DNA of 63,066 nucleotides, filler included, from Octopus bimaculoides (Eukaryota): NCBI RefSeq assembly GCF_001194135.2. It is 4 parts of 4 records of this genome, joined end to end, with 100 filler letters (N's around TTAATTAATTAA, not from the genome) between each part and the next. Parts side by side here need not be neighbours in the genome. Positions count along the whole stretch, not along the records: positions 31,737 to 56,673 come from NC_068985.1; 3 more parts are not named here. One strand, given 5' to 3'. The notes beneath the pieces are model-generated. The model saw only the letters and a list, made by a program, of their open reading frames with translations. It searched no databases and was not told where the DNA came from. The position numbers and the translations under genes were made by a program. Below are positions 38,519-50,260 of the stretch, piece after piece (position 1 is the first letter of the stretch; each line of letters opens with the position of its first letter).

Positions 38519-38551
<33 letters not shown>

Positions 38552-39330
38552 TGCCCTCTATCCCTGTATATACATCACACTCACACATACGCGGTGCGTG
38601 GAAGAAGAGAGAAAAAAGAATATGCAGATACATACATAATTTTTTTAATGATGCAGTTTAATACAAATCTGAAAACCCTTCCATACATGTACGAATGTGT
38701 ATACAGGATAGAATAGAACATTTGAAAAAACTATTGTTAAAACTTACGCTTAATATCCAACTTAAAGAACTAATATACTAAAATACATGCAAAAGTATAC
38801 ATACACACTCACCCACACATACAAGTACACAGACATTCACACAGAGGCACGCGCATACACAAACATACAAAGACACACACTAACGTGTGCATGCGCTCTC
38901 GTGTGCATATCTACAAGTGTTTTGGGAGCCTATATTCTCATGAATTCGGAATTTATCAAACAGGTATAAATGACTGAGATGTGAGCTGGAGCAGCATTGA
39001 AATGTAATACCTCCCTCAGTGACACAATACAGTAGCGAGATCGTCAAAGAAAGATTTAACCCAATGATCGAGGGCATAACATGAATATTCATGCACAAAA
39101 ACAATTTTGCGTGTGCGTGTGGGGGGGGTCATACCCCAGATTCTACACACATACCAAACTCATATATACTAACAACCATTCATATAGGCCATTTTTGTGC
39201 TCCCCTGCCTTCAAAAACCAGCGTCTATATGTTTATCCCCTCCCGATCAATTACTTTTCATTGATGTACCGACAAGCGTGCTTTTCTCGGAGTATACTTT
39301 TTTTTCTCTTTGGATTTCTTCCTCGTTCCC

Positions 39331-39365
39331 GTTTCTGATGATCATCCATACTCGAAACGTCACGT
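39331..39365 (+). ncRNA. Degenerate hammerhead-like motif
   Basis: CTGATGA-tcatccatactc-GAAAC-GTC. Core nucleotides are present but stems I and II pair poorly. Confidence 0.3.
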
Positions 39366-40249
39366 TACATTTTTTCCATTTTAATCATTCTTCGGGCAAC
39401 AAAATGATACATTCAACGTTTACGCTTTTTTTTTACTTTTGTAGTTTTCCCTACTTTTGCTATTAATTTTGATTTGCCGATATTTAGATGTGTGTGTGTG
39501 TGTCTGCACTCGTGTGCATGTGTGTATATATATATGTGTGTGTATGTATATATATATGTGTGTATGTATATAAATATATATATATATATATATATNNNNN
39601 NNNNNNNNNNNNNNNNNNNNNNNNNNNNNNNNNNNNNNNNNNNNNNNNNNNNNNNNNNNNNNNNNNNNNNNNNNNNNNNNNNNNNNNNNNNNNNNNNNNN
39701 NNNNNNNNNNNNNNNNNNNNNNNNNNNNNNNNNNNNNNNNNNNNNNNNNNNNNNNNNNNNNNNNNNNNNNNNNNNNNNNNNNNNNNNNNNNNNNNNNNNN
39801 NNNNNNNNNNNNNNNNNNNNNNNNNNNNNNNNNNNNNNNNNNNNNNNNNNNNNNNNNNNNNNNNNNNNNNNNNNNNNNNNNNNNNNNNNNNNNNNNNNNN
39901 NNNNNNNNNNNNNNNNNNNNNNNNNNNNNNNNNNNNNNNNNNNNNNNNNNNNNNNNNNNNNNNNNNNNNNNNNNNNNNNNNNNNNNNNNNNNNNNNNNNN
40001 NNNNNNNNNNNNNNNNNNNNNNNNNNNNNNNNNNNNNNNNNNNNNNNNNNNNNNNNNNNNNNNNNNNNNNNNNNNNNNNNNNNNNNNNNNNNNNNNNNNN
40101 NNNNNNNNNNNNNNNNNNNNNNNNNNNNNNNNNNNNNNNNNNNNNNNNNNNNNNNNNNNNNNNNNNNNNNNNNNNNNNNNNNNNNNNNNNNNNNNNNNNN
40201 NNNNNNNNNNNNNNNNNNNNNNNNNNNNNNNNNNNNNNNNNNNNNNNNN

Positions 40250-40299
<50 letters not shown>

Positions 40300-40501
40300 C
40301 TTTTTTAGCTGCTATTTCTGAACTTCGGTATGTGGTGAAGCAAATGTTTGCTGATCCCTTAATTATGTTTATAAATGTATAAGAACTTTTAAATACGTTC
40401 TCCACCGATAATGGTGTTTACATACCGAAGGGTTTGGTAAAAATTATTAATTATTGATTTATTAATAAATTAATAAATTGATAAACCTTTACCCTTTTAA
40501 C

Positions 40502-40563
<62 letters not shown>

Positions 40564-41093
40564 CATACAAATATAGTATAGTCATGAAACATGAAACGTA
40601 TGGTTAATTTCATGAGACAATCATTTATTCCTTTCTCATCTATTTTTCTTACCACCACTCTGTAGTCGAGTACGCTTCGTTCTAAAGCATATGTTCCTTT
40701 TTACTACTATCTTATTTTCTAACCCTTTCTCCTATCTCTCTTTCTCTCCTCTCTCACTCTCTCTATCTATCTATTTCACACTCACAAATCCCATTTATAT
40801 CCATCATGCTTTCTAGCTATATATACACGTTTACAATATGAATATCTCATTCAGAACACTACCAAAATATTGCCTGGATTTACTAGCAAATTTAACTATA
40901 AAAAAACTGTATCTTCATGGAAGTGCCAAGCAACATGCATATCCTCTGGAAAAAAGATGAGTTGTGGACATCATTCTCCTGCTACATTCTTCTAACTACT
41001 TTTACGCTTTATTCTTATATTTTATTCCTTATAAACTGTGGATTTTATTCCTTGTAAACTGTAAATTGTCACCGTCTACAATATCCATACCTT

Positions 41094-41130
41094 GTCTCTG
41101 ATGATGGTATAACCAGAAAAAGCTGTAAGA
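41094..41130 (+). ncRNA. Minimal type I hammerhead with 1-nt deletion in stem III
   Basis: GTCT-CTGATGA-TGG-tataa-CCA-GAAA-AGCT-GTA-AGAC. Stems I and II pair. The C of GAAAC is missing. Confidence 0.55.
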
Positions 41131-41749
41131 CTTCAAATTCACCTTGATATTGAAGTTTTCCTCTAATATTATATATTATATATTAGATGGTAAAAAAATA
41201 TATATGGACATAAAATTACAAATATATTGAACGGACTATCAAGGAAAGTTATATACAATCGGCTAAAAATCAGTAATCAAAATGAATTGCTGAATTACTA
41301 AAGCATGTCAGGCGACTAAAAACTTTTTTTAAATGTTTTTACTCCTCTTGATCTTAAAATATGTCAAAATGGTTCGTTTGTTGAAAACCATGGTAGGTTG
41401 AAGTCCAAGGAGCGTATGAGAATTCCACAAAATCAAGTCAAAATACATCTTTGACCATTTCGGGAGTTCATTCCCGCAGTCCTATTTTGAGTTAAAGTGC
41501 ATCTCGGTAATAAACTCCTCATCAGGATGAACAGGAATCTCAACAATTAGTCGTTCACAAGATGTTTCTTTATGAACCACTAGGGTCATACGAAGAGGGG
41601 ACAGCAAAAGGTCAGACAAAAGGGAACAATGTGGAAACAACATGAAACAAATGAAGGGTGAATCTTCACAATAATGGGGGTGAAATGGCCACCCGAAGCC
41701 CATTTCAAGTGGTTATATTTATCTGTTTTTGTTTTCTTTTTTCTTCAAT

Positions 41750-43020
41750 GTTCATCATTTTAGAATAAAAAATTACAATATCATGTATGGCTTTAGGCCC
41801 TCATATTTTACCTCCGACCCTACTGGGTCTATGTTTTTCCTAAAAGTTTCTTTTAATCTCTTAAAGTGTTCTGTGTCAATAACGACACATTTCATATCTG
41901 CTCGGTACTTATCTGGCATTTTAATTTTTATCACTGTTCTTTTTTATATTATTCATCTTTTTCTCAATGGTCGAGCTCTTCGTATAGGTCATCATCTATG
42001 TCCTATTCCTATGCTCGGCCAGAGAGGTTTGTCGATGAAGTGCGTTTGCTTGTGTGCCTATTGGTGTGTCTATATACCTAATAGGAGAATCTGGGTTGTT
42101 TGCGGTGATGGTTTTTTTCTGGGGCGTCTGCAGAGGTGAGGTGGGTCTGTTATCTACCTGTGTTTTGGGCGTATTGAGTAACCTGTGTTGTTTGAACTAC
42201 TCCTTTTTTTCTCCCTGTTCTTCCTCAGGCATTTTGTCATTAATTTGGGGACAATTCGCGTTTATATGTCCCCTCCTCCTACAGTAGTACCAGTTGGGAG
42301 GTCTCCCCTCTAACAGTACTTGTAGCTTTAAATCTTCGGGCTGGTCGATTTCCCTACACATCTCTTCAAGATCTAGTTGGGTGGCCTGGATTGTAACTTC
42401 CAAGCCATAGCCCCACAATTCATTTGTTTAGTCCTTGTTGCATGCTGGATTTTCCTTCATTTCAGCTATCTCGGGGGACACCATGCCAATCCCCTCCCTC
42501 ACAAAACGCTTGCCGAGATAGGTTGGNNNNNNNNNNNNNNNNNNNNNNNNNNNNNNNNNNNNNNNNNNNNNNNNNNNNNNNNNNNNNNNNNNNNNNNNNN
42601 NNNNNNNNNNNNNNNNNNNNNNNNNNNNNNNNNNNNNNNNNNNNNNNNNNNNNNNNNNNNNNNNNNNNNNNNNNNNNNNNNNNNNNNNNNNNNNNNNNNN
42701 NNNNNNNNNNNNNNNNNNNNNNNNNNNNNNNNNNNNNNNNNNNNNNNNNNNNNNNNNNNNNNNNNNNNNNNNNNNNNNNNNNNNNNNNNNNNNNNNNNNN
42801 NNNNNNNNNNNNNNNNNNNNNNNNNNNNNNNNNNNNNNNNNNNNNNNNNNNNNNNNNNNNNNNNNNNNNNNNNNNNNNNNNNNNNNNNNNNNNNNNNNNN
42901 NNNNNNNNNNNNNNNNNNNNNNNNNNNNNNNNNNNNCAGACACGGGTGACTGGATCACTTCCACAGTTTTTAACAATTTTTCGCCCCTAAATGGGGGAAA
43001 GACAACAAACAAAATCACAG
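41750..43020 (-). mobile_element. LINE ORF1 (gag-like zinc knuckle) remnant
   Basis: VLLEGRPPNWYYCRRRGHINANCP is a CX2CX4HX4C knuckle with the first Cys changed to Trp, followed by a basic/acidic tail. Interrupted by stops and an N-gap. L1/Tx1-like by resemblance only. Confidence 0.55.
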
Positions 43021-44544
43021 TCTGCAGGCAAAACAGTTACAACTTTCAACAGAATCAACAGTAGGTACTAAGCCTTTAACAATTAATTTAACAAGCGTAC
43101 TCAACTGAACAAACCGTAGTGAATAAACGCGGAAACTAAAATTAATCGTTCACAAGCGTTACAAAACGTCTGCAGTACCTAATTTAACGATAATAATATA
43201 TAGCAGGACAAGTCCAAAATTTTCTTAACACACAAAAAATTTTTTTCATGGCTAAACATGAAGGTGGTTGCTAACCATACGAATTTTTACTATCCAGTTT
43301 CGAAACTCAGTAAACAAACTAAATACTATTTACCTAATCTAGCTTTACTTCTATATACTTGCAGAAAAGTAGAAGAAAACCCATGGTTGCAGAAAGGGAT
43401 CACCTATGTACATTTATTTAATATTTTAGGCCCAACGGACCTAGGAATGGCAAGAATCCGTAATACACAACTTACACTTGTTAATATTAACTCTAAAATA
43501 AGGGGCCCTCGAGGTAACAGACCATTCAAGAGAGTAACTTTTGTTATTCCTCCTTAAACTATGTATATATGAGGCAAGTGTAGTGGAGTTACACTATTTT
43601 TCGTTCAAAAACGAATTTATGTGGGCCCTATACCTCGACTTAAAATTGACAATACCACCTATGTAAAACCTAGTACTTAAGTATAACTGGACTCTCCAAT
43701 AATTTTTATGGGTATGTTTGAGATAAATGTCAATTAGCGCTATTTACGAAATCATATTACGAAATCATATACAAGGCCTATTGGCGAATCCGGTTATACT
43801 TAAGTACTAGTTTTATTTCCTTATTATTTATACACCTTGGTACACCTAAAGAAAGATTAACCCACCAATTATTTTTCTAGTTTATTCATTCGTTGATCGA
43901 CTTCAATCTTTACACTGCAAAATGGTATGATTGTAATTTATTAAGCCTTCTTTCTTCATCTCGAGGTCATATTCTTTCCTCTTTGCTCTTCTCTTCTTTT
44001 ATTTTATATATTTGTAATCACTTTAATGAAGCTCCACGTTCCAGATCGGATGTGCTATAAAAGATGACGAATATTATATACCTAATTTTCTTTTTGGCAG
44101 CACCGATTGATGGTGGCAGCAGAAACGGCTGTTAGCAATGTAACAGTTTTTTTATTAAAAAATTATAACCTATAGTAGCCAATTTGTTTGTTGATCAAAT
44201 GTTTTCTACATCATATTCTGCTNNNNNNNNNNNNNNNNNNNNNNNNNNNNNNNNNNNNNNNNNNNNNNNNNNNNNNNNNNNNNNNNNNNNNNNNNNNNNN
44301 NNNNNNNNNNNNNNNNNNNNNNNNNNNNNNNNNNNNNNNNNNNNNNNNNNNNNNNNNNNNNNNNNNNNNNNNNNNNNNNNNNNNNNNNNNNNNNNNNNNN
44401 NNNNNNNNNNNNNNNNNNNNNNNNNNNNNNNNATGTATGTATGTATGTATATATATAGTGTGAAAATTTAAAGGGTAGAAAATTTTTTAAAATTTCATAC
44501 CAGTGGCTAGCATGCGTAATAAAAATCAATAGACTACATATATT

Positions 44545-45126
44545 CATATATAAAAAGTGTATAGAATATTACACTAAAAGTGGCGACACCTTACAGAACT
44601 TCTTACATGCTAGAGAGGGCAACCAAACTCAAACCGCCGAGAAAGTAATTCCAAAAAGAATGAAATTAACAATTATTTACAGTTAATCCCACACTCGAGC
44701 TTCTGTATTAATGAGCAAATAAATTAATTTGTTATCTATACTTCATCTGTGGGATCGCCTAAGAAATAGATGATTATGCAGCAACTACGCAGCGAAATTC
44801 CATGTGTGCTGCATACTTTTATATTTATGTTTTCAAATCAGCCACAAATGCGCAGCCACATTGTCAGTAGCAAATAATAAAATTAAAACAGCGTAACAAG
44901 CTTTGAAACTATGAAAATTTTACTGCGAATATTAAAAGGGTAGAAATTTAGAAATATTTCATACCATTGACTAGCATGCGTGATAAAAGTCAATAGTGTA
45001 TGCTAGAGAAGGCAGCCAAAGCCAAACCACGGAAGTAATTCTAATTTGGCTGCCCTCTCTAGCATGTAAGACATCCTGTAAATGGTCACCTCTTTTAGAG
45101 TATAAATACTATACGATTTATATATG
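44545..45126. repeat. MITE-like foldback structure with nested inverted and direct repeats
   Basis: About 83-bp imperfect inverted arms at 44545-44627 and 45045-45126. Internal 21-bp hairpin at 45000-45065. Confidence 0.55.
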
Positions 45127-45135
45127 TATATGTAC

Positions 45136-45175
<40 letters not shown>

Positions 45176-46074
45176 TGACGGCAATATAAGTAATCGATAA
45201 TAACAGCAATAATAACATGTGGTTGCAGGTCTAAATTATCATTATATAGTCATATATTTAAAATTCATATGACATATGGGCACACGAGTGTGCCTGCCTA
45301 CTAGACATAAGAGTTAAAACTCTCTTTCAACCACCAATAATAACATTGAAAATTACAACAGAAAACAACAGTTTTCGGGCAAACAGATCGAAAAATCTTT
45401 CACATGCCTATTTAGCAGAATGCTATATATTCCTTGCCATTAGCATACATGTGGACCGGTTTCTGGTTTGGCATAAATCGATTATTGGCTATATAATGTT
45501 TATACAATGCTAATTTAGGCCTGCAACCATTTATATTATTATTGCTGTTACTATCAATTATTTATATTGCCCTTGATAATAACAGCAATAATAATATATA
45601 TAAATATTCACTCTTGAATATTTGCTCCGTATTGAAATTTTCACATTGAGGTTGCTCTGATCGGGCACAAAACAATTCGGAGGGCCAGCAGATTTCAACG
45701 TAATGGTTTGAGAAGATTTATATATATATACGTATGTATGTATGTATGTATTGTATACTGTTCCGTGATGGTAAGATCAACAAAATAAATATTCTATCTC
45801 TATTATTTAATAGAGAAATATATATTTTTATGTGCTACTTGTTGTTACTGCAAAATTTTCATGCAAAATTATGCTAGACAATATTTTGTAACACGTGTTT
45901 TAATCCGTTAACTTATTGTGTGAATATTTCGACTACTGTCGACTTTATCGTATGTGATATGACATTCCACTTCAAACCCCATACAAGGCTTGCCAACTTA
46001 GTAGTTTTAATTTTGTCCTTGTGTCGGAAGGAAGATATGTGGTTAGCATATCGATTCTTCTAGTCGATTATCAA

Positions 46075-46105
<31 letters not shown>

Positions 46106-46175
46106 TTCAAGGCTTGAATATGGTACTTATGCGAAGGCACCCGAATATCGCATCCGAAAAGGATGGGTGATTAAA

Positions 46176-47558
46176 ATCAAACAATAAGCAACACGGATTT
46201 TAAAAGTGATTGCAGTACGCACGTTTCATGCTACTTCAATTTATTTAAGTAATGTGAGCATTACCTTAAATGCAATATGAAGAGCAATCTTCAGCTGCAC
46301 GAAAAATGCAGAAAAAAGACATATTACAAATGGGGCAGCGTATTAAAACCAAGTGGGAGAGAGCAGAGGAAGAATATATAAGTCCANNNNNNNNNNNNNN
46401 NNNNNNNNNNNNNNNNNNNNNNNNNNNNNNNNNNNNNNNNNNNNNNNNNNNNNNNNNNNNNNNNNNNNNNNNNNNNNNNNNNNNNNNNNNNNNNNNNNNN
46501 NNNNNNNNNNNNNNNNNNNNNNNNNNNNNNNNNNNNNNNNNNNNNNNNNNNNNNNNNNNNNNNNNNNNNNNNNNNNNNNNNNNNNNNNNNNNNNNNNNNN
46601 NNNNNNNNNNNNNNNNNNNNNNNNNNNNNNNNNNNNNNNNNNNNNNNNNNNNNNNNNNNNNNNNNNNNNNNNNNNNNNNNNNNNNNNNNNNNNNNNNNNN
46701 NNNNNNNNNNNNNNNNNNNNNNNNNNNNNNNNNNNNNNNNNNNNNNNNNNNNNNNNNNNNNNNNNNNNNNNNNNNNNNNNNNNNNNNNNNNNNNNNNNNN
46801 NNNNNNNNNNNNNNNNNNNNNNNNNNNNNNNNNNNNNNNNNNNNNNNNNNNNNNNNNNNNNNNNNNNNNNNNNNNNNNNNNNNNNNNNNNNNNNNNNNNN
46901 NNNNNNNNNNNNNNNNNNNNNNNNNNNNNNNNNNNNNNNNNNNNNNNNNNNNNNNNNNNNNNNNNNNNNNNNNNNNNNNNNNNNNNNNNNNNNNNNNNNN
47001 NNNNNNNNNNNNNNNNNNNNNNNNNNNNNNNNNNNNNNNNNNNNNNNNNNNNNNNNNNNNNNATGTTAAGGATAGAGATCAGGAATATATGTTGTAAAGT
47101 TTCAATTACCAAAATAAATATGTGCTAATTGATAGTTCTAGATGACCATAATAGAAGTAAAGTACTATAAATTTTGATAACTTTAGTTATTTAAATAAAA
47201 GTCCTATTTTTTAAAAAATTTAAAAATGCGAGTAGAGCAATGCACACATGATACCCTAAGGTCTAATCTATTATTGATTAGATTAGGATTGTTCCTAAGT
47301 TTAAAAATTTCATATATTTCCATAGAACACAATTCACATCCATATCTATTATTTCTATAAGGTTGAGCTTTTCTTATAATTTCCCATTTAAGGCTAAAAT
47401 TAATACTATTGTCTTTTAACTCCCAAATTTTACTTGACAATAGTATTAATGCTCTTCATATTGCATTTAAGGTAATGCTCACATTACTTAAATAAATTGA
47501 AGTAGCATGAAACGTGCGTACTGCAATCACTTTTGAAATCCGTGTTGCTTATTGTTTG

Positions 47559-47560
<2 letters not shown>
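46176..47560 (-). mobile_element. 5'-truncated Penelope-like element with inverted pLTR fragment
   Basis: GIY-YIG C-terminal ORF 47440-47204 (LSSKIWELKD...KWEIIRKAQPY...CELC..E...I...N.R......C.H). 3' pLTR carries a hammerhead. 111-bp inverted repeat at 46176-46286 / 47450-47560 with 1 mismatch. An N-gap lies inside. Confidence 0.8.
46211..46299 (-). ncRNA. Type I hammerhead ribozyme, intact catalytic core, long stem II
   Basis: Minus strand: TGCAG-CTGAAGA-TTGCTCTTCA...TTTAAGGTAATG-ctca-CATTACTTAAA...TGAAGTAGCAT-GAAAC-GTGC-GTA-CTGCA. Stem I is 5 bp. Predicted cleavage between 46216 and 46215. Confidence 0.75.
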
Positions 47561-47589
<29 letters not shown>

Positions 47590-48319
47590 CATGTATGTAT
47601 GTATATATGTATATACATGCTTGGATTGATAGATGATTTGATGAGTGAATGGATACATAAAAAGATGTACGTATGCGTATTTTTATCAGGGCTTCTCGTT
47701 TTTTCTAGAATTTTTCACCATTCCTGCTGTTGCAATAATTTCCCCTGAAATATATGATAGTTAAATCAGGGATGATATAAATTATTCCAAAATTAAAAGA
47801 GGATTATTTCATTATTTCATCAATCAGATTTTTGTTCTTTTGTTGTTCGATTACCTCTTGAGACTCCTTCTCTCACCAAAATGTATATCACCCTATTAGT
47901 TGATTCAACACTTCTGCAGTAACAAGAAGTATACATTCTCTAGAGAAATATGGTTTTCGACTACAATTGTAGTAAGTTCCATTGATGCTATAATTCGATG
48001 AATAGCAGTAGATTCATTGTTTGAGAGTTCACGACCTTGCCTTCTGTCGACCTAATATTTGAAATACAGGTGTTAAAGCTGAGAATCGTTCTAACATTAC
48101 TAAATAACTAGTCTATCATTTATCAATTTTAACGATCAGGGTGTTCTTCAACATTTTTTAGTTACTTAAATATACTTGTTTCTTACAGTTGGAATCCACC
48201 ACACTAAATACGTTAGTTGTTCGCACTTTTTAACGGCATTGCTGAAACTTTAATTTCCTTCAGCTGAATGAAGGCCTGAAATAGAAGCTATTTCACTAAT
48301 CTGCTTTTGCTAGGTAAGG

Positions 48320-48500
48320 ACATGATTATTAGTTTGGGCACAGGGCCAGTAAATTTAGGGAGGGTTAAGTCAGTCACATTGTCCCCAGTATTCAACTGGT
48401 ACTTATTCTATCGACCCCGAAGAGATGAAAGACAAAGTCGAAATCAGCAGAATTTGAACTCAGAACATGAGGATGACCGAAATATTGATATGCATTTTTC
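48320..48500 (-). mobile_element. SINE family B copy
   Basis: ccccagtattcaactggtacttattctatcgaccccgaagagatgaaagacaaagtcg...cagaatttgaactcagaac. Confidence 0.75.
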
Positions 48501-49430
48501 CGGTGTGCTAATGACTCTGGATGTAAGGTTTGGATATAATTAGTAATTACAATCTTTGTTATTCAACCTATGTTCGAATAATCACTGTAACTTGTCAGTC
48601 TCGTTGCAAAAGTCAGTTGTTAATTTCGCTTCACCACAGTTTTTCGTTTCCTTCAAAATAATATTACAAACACCAAATGATTTCATGACAATAACATAGT
48701 TGATATCCTTACTCGCTTTAAACATGCTACTAGTTCCTTAACATAAAACTGCAAATAGTGTTTCCAAATGAAGAATGATTGTAGAGAGATTTCTTTTTAA
48801 ATGTCTACTTAATCTTCAATAATTTCTTATCTCTGCATTCCAGAATGTAAAAGATGTGTGCATATTTCTCTCCGAATGTCTCTGATTACACAAACATGCA
48901 TATGCATCTAAAGGACTACTAGACACGCTTTCATGTAGTCACTTCTCTAATCATTTCTTTATTCTTTTGTAAATCATATTGATATAATATCATCTTCATG
49001 AAATGAAGAGTATTCTTCGGTGAAACTAAACTTTTATCTGAGATATCGTTTCAAGTAAAAGATCTAGTAACTATAGCTTTCATAATACAGCCCTCAATAG
49101 CAANNNNNNNNNNNNNNNNNNNNNNNNNNNNNNNNNNNNNNNNNNNNNNNNNNNNNNNNNNNNNNNNNNNNNNNNNNNNNNNNNNNNNNNNNNNNNNNNN
49201 NNNNNNNNNNNNNNNNNNNNNNNNNNNNNNNNNNNNNNNNNNNNNNNNNNNNNNNNNNNNNNNNNNNNNNNNNNNNNNNNNTCAATCACGGTCATTAATT
49301 TCCGGATATAGAATGCAATAGCTGGGTTTTCTAACTTTTATTTTTTGTAAATTTTCCCCAAAATTCACCATGCAAGGATCCAAGGAATGTTACCACAATA
49401 CGCACACATACACACATACATACACATATA

Positions 49431-49476
<46 letters not shown>

Positions 49477-49499
49477 TATTTTTACCGAATTTATTGTAA

Positions 49500-50260
49500 A
49501 GTTATAACTAAAAGCTTGATAATACATTTTAATATATGGGGAATCCGTTATTTAACAGGCTCACTTACTGACAAAATGTCAATATCTAATTTGGTTAAGC
49601 CTGAAAAGAGTCTACCAAGTTTACTGTCAACTATTGGATTTCTTATATAAAAAATATTCTCATGGAAACAACTAATCAGACATTTTCAATAATCAGACAT
49701 TATATAATAATGTCTGATTATTGAAAATTCTTTCATTACCTGAAAGATTAGATATTCTTATAGACACACTTTTCATTACCCCATTTGTAACACTTCGGGG
49801 TGATTTGACAGTATTAATATACAATATTGCTTTATTCGGTTTGGAATAACCCACTACTGAGATTTAAAATAACATCCAGAAAGTTTACTCCCTCTCTAAT
49901 ATTTTCGTATGCTATATGTAAATTAAATTCCTTAAAATTATCAATGCTTTTCTAGACCTATCCTCAGTTCGCAAAGGTTAGCCAGTTAATGCAAATAATG
50001 CATCATCCCTATATAACCCTCCTTTAATGTTAGGGAAATTTTCCTTCATTTTTGAAAGCAGAAATAAGCCGACCAACTCTGTAACTTGTGCTGAGTTCGA
50101 TGATCCCATGCTTACATCAAAGATATCCTGAAGGTCATTTCGAGTTCAGTTCTTATCCCTAAAAGATATCAATGTTTTCCTGATAGTTATTATGTCTTTC
50201 TCCAATGGGGAGATATCCTTAAACCTTTGAGCAAATGCAATTGCTTAATCCCAAAAATTC
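49500..50260 (-). mobile_element. Penelope-like element reverse transcriptase remnant
   Basis: Minus strand DIFDVSMGSSNSAQVTELVGLFLL...GGLYRDDAL...VNFLDVILNLSSG...YIN...SIRISNLS. These are PLE RT motifs including YRDD. Contains stops. Confidence 0.8.

Noticed and set aside
49935-49975. CTGAGGA-TAG-GT-CTA-GAAA on the minus strand
   Set aside because: Lies within PLE RT coding remnant. Stem I does not pair and the triplet would end in G, so it is coincidental.
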